Assembly (NCBI GenBank): GCA_052327205.1
Contig: CM126203.1
Location: forward strand, 101,246,001 to 101,310,000
Direction of reading: 5' to 3'
Source: Somniosus microcephalus
Taxonomy: Eukaryota
Length of the DNA: 64,000 nt
The stretch's first letter is position 1; each line of letters begins with the position of its first letter. Below the pieces are notes generated by a model. It saw nothing but the letters and a program-made list of their open reading frames with translations. It had not been told where the DNA came from and ran no database searches. Both the position numbers and the translations under genes were made by a program. Shown in pieces: positions 63,601 to 64,000 of this stretch.

Positions 63601-64000
63601 ATATTTTTTTCTTTTACAATCTTTTTGGGAGATGGGAAATTACCAAACTTATTCACAAATTGTCACTTAATGTTGGAAATGTATGCAAGTTTCCCCACCC
63701 AGGCTTTCCCTCTTTTTAGGTCCTCGGGTTTAAGGTGCTCTTCATGCCTAGAGTTGGAAACTTCATCTGAACCATAAATTGTAGGAGAGGGGAACGATTG
63801 TGGAAGTTCTAGTTTTCATCCTGCTGTTAAAATCTTGGGATATACTCTTTACATCCAAGAAAAATATTATTGTAAACATTCAGTATTTAATAACAGCAGT
63901 AGTTTAACTGAACAAGGAAAATAAACCATATCAAAATGTGAAGGACAACAACAACAAATTAAGTTCCGCTTTTTCAATGCCAAAATTTTAGGTAAGGGCA

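Noticed and set aside
1-64000. Nested MAB21L2 gene, known from an LRBA intron
   Set aside because: No Mab-21-like ORF is present; that gene lies in a much more 3' intron outside this window.

Overview
Eukaryotic, vertebrate genomic DNA. The repeat content (CR1/L2 LINEs, a SacSINE1-like DeuSINE, Penelope-type tails, Harbinger MITEs) suggests a cartilaginous fish, probably a shark. The whole window lies inside an LRBA gene (BEACH/neurobeachin family) on the minus strand. I resolved 17 consecutive coding exons between 53293 and 5518, totalling 2151 nt or 717 codons with consistent splice phases. They correspond roughly to human exons 3-19 and cover the ConA/LamG-like and DUF4704/ARM-like regions. 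One intron uses a GC-AG donor. The introns carry many mobile elements: a near-intact PIF/Harbinger transposase with its TIR plus related MITEs, three Tc1/mariner (Tigger-like) MITEs, two short solo LTRs (one with a perfect 5-bp TSD), many CR1 and L2 fragments, a young Rex1/Babar-like LINE, a DeuSINE, and two Penelope-type repeats with degenerate minimal hammerhead-ribozyme cores. There is also a 1.5-kb G-rich minisatellite next to an assembly gap and a 45-bp VNTR. There are no prokaryotic features and no CRISPR array. I found no clearly new biological system; the best leads are listed as findings. Exon coordinates are base-exact, and most TE boundaries are approximate.
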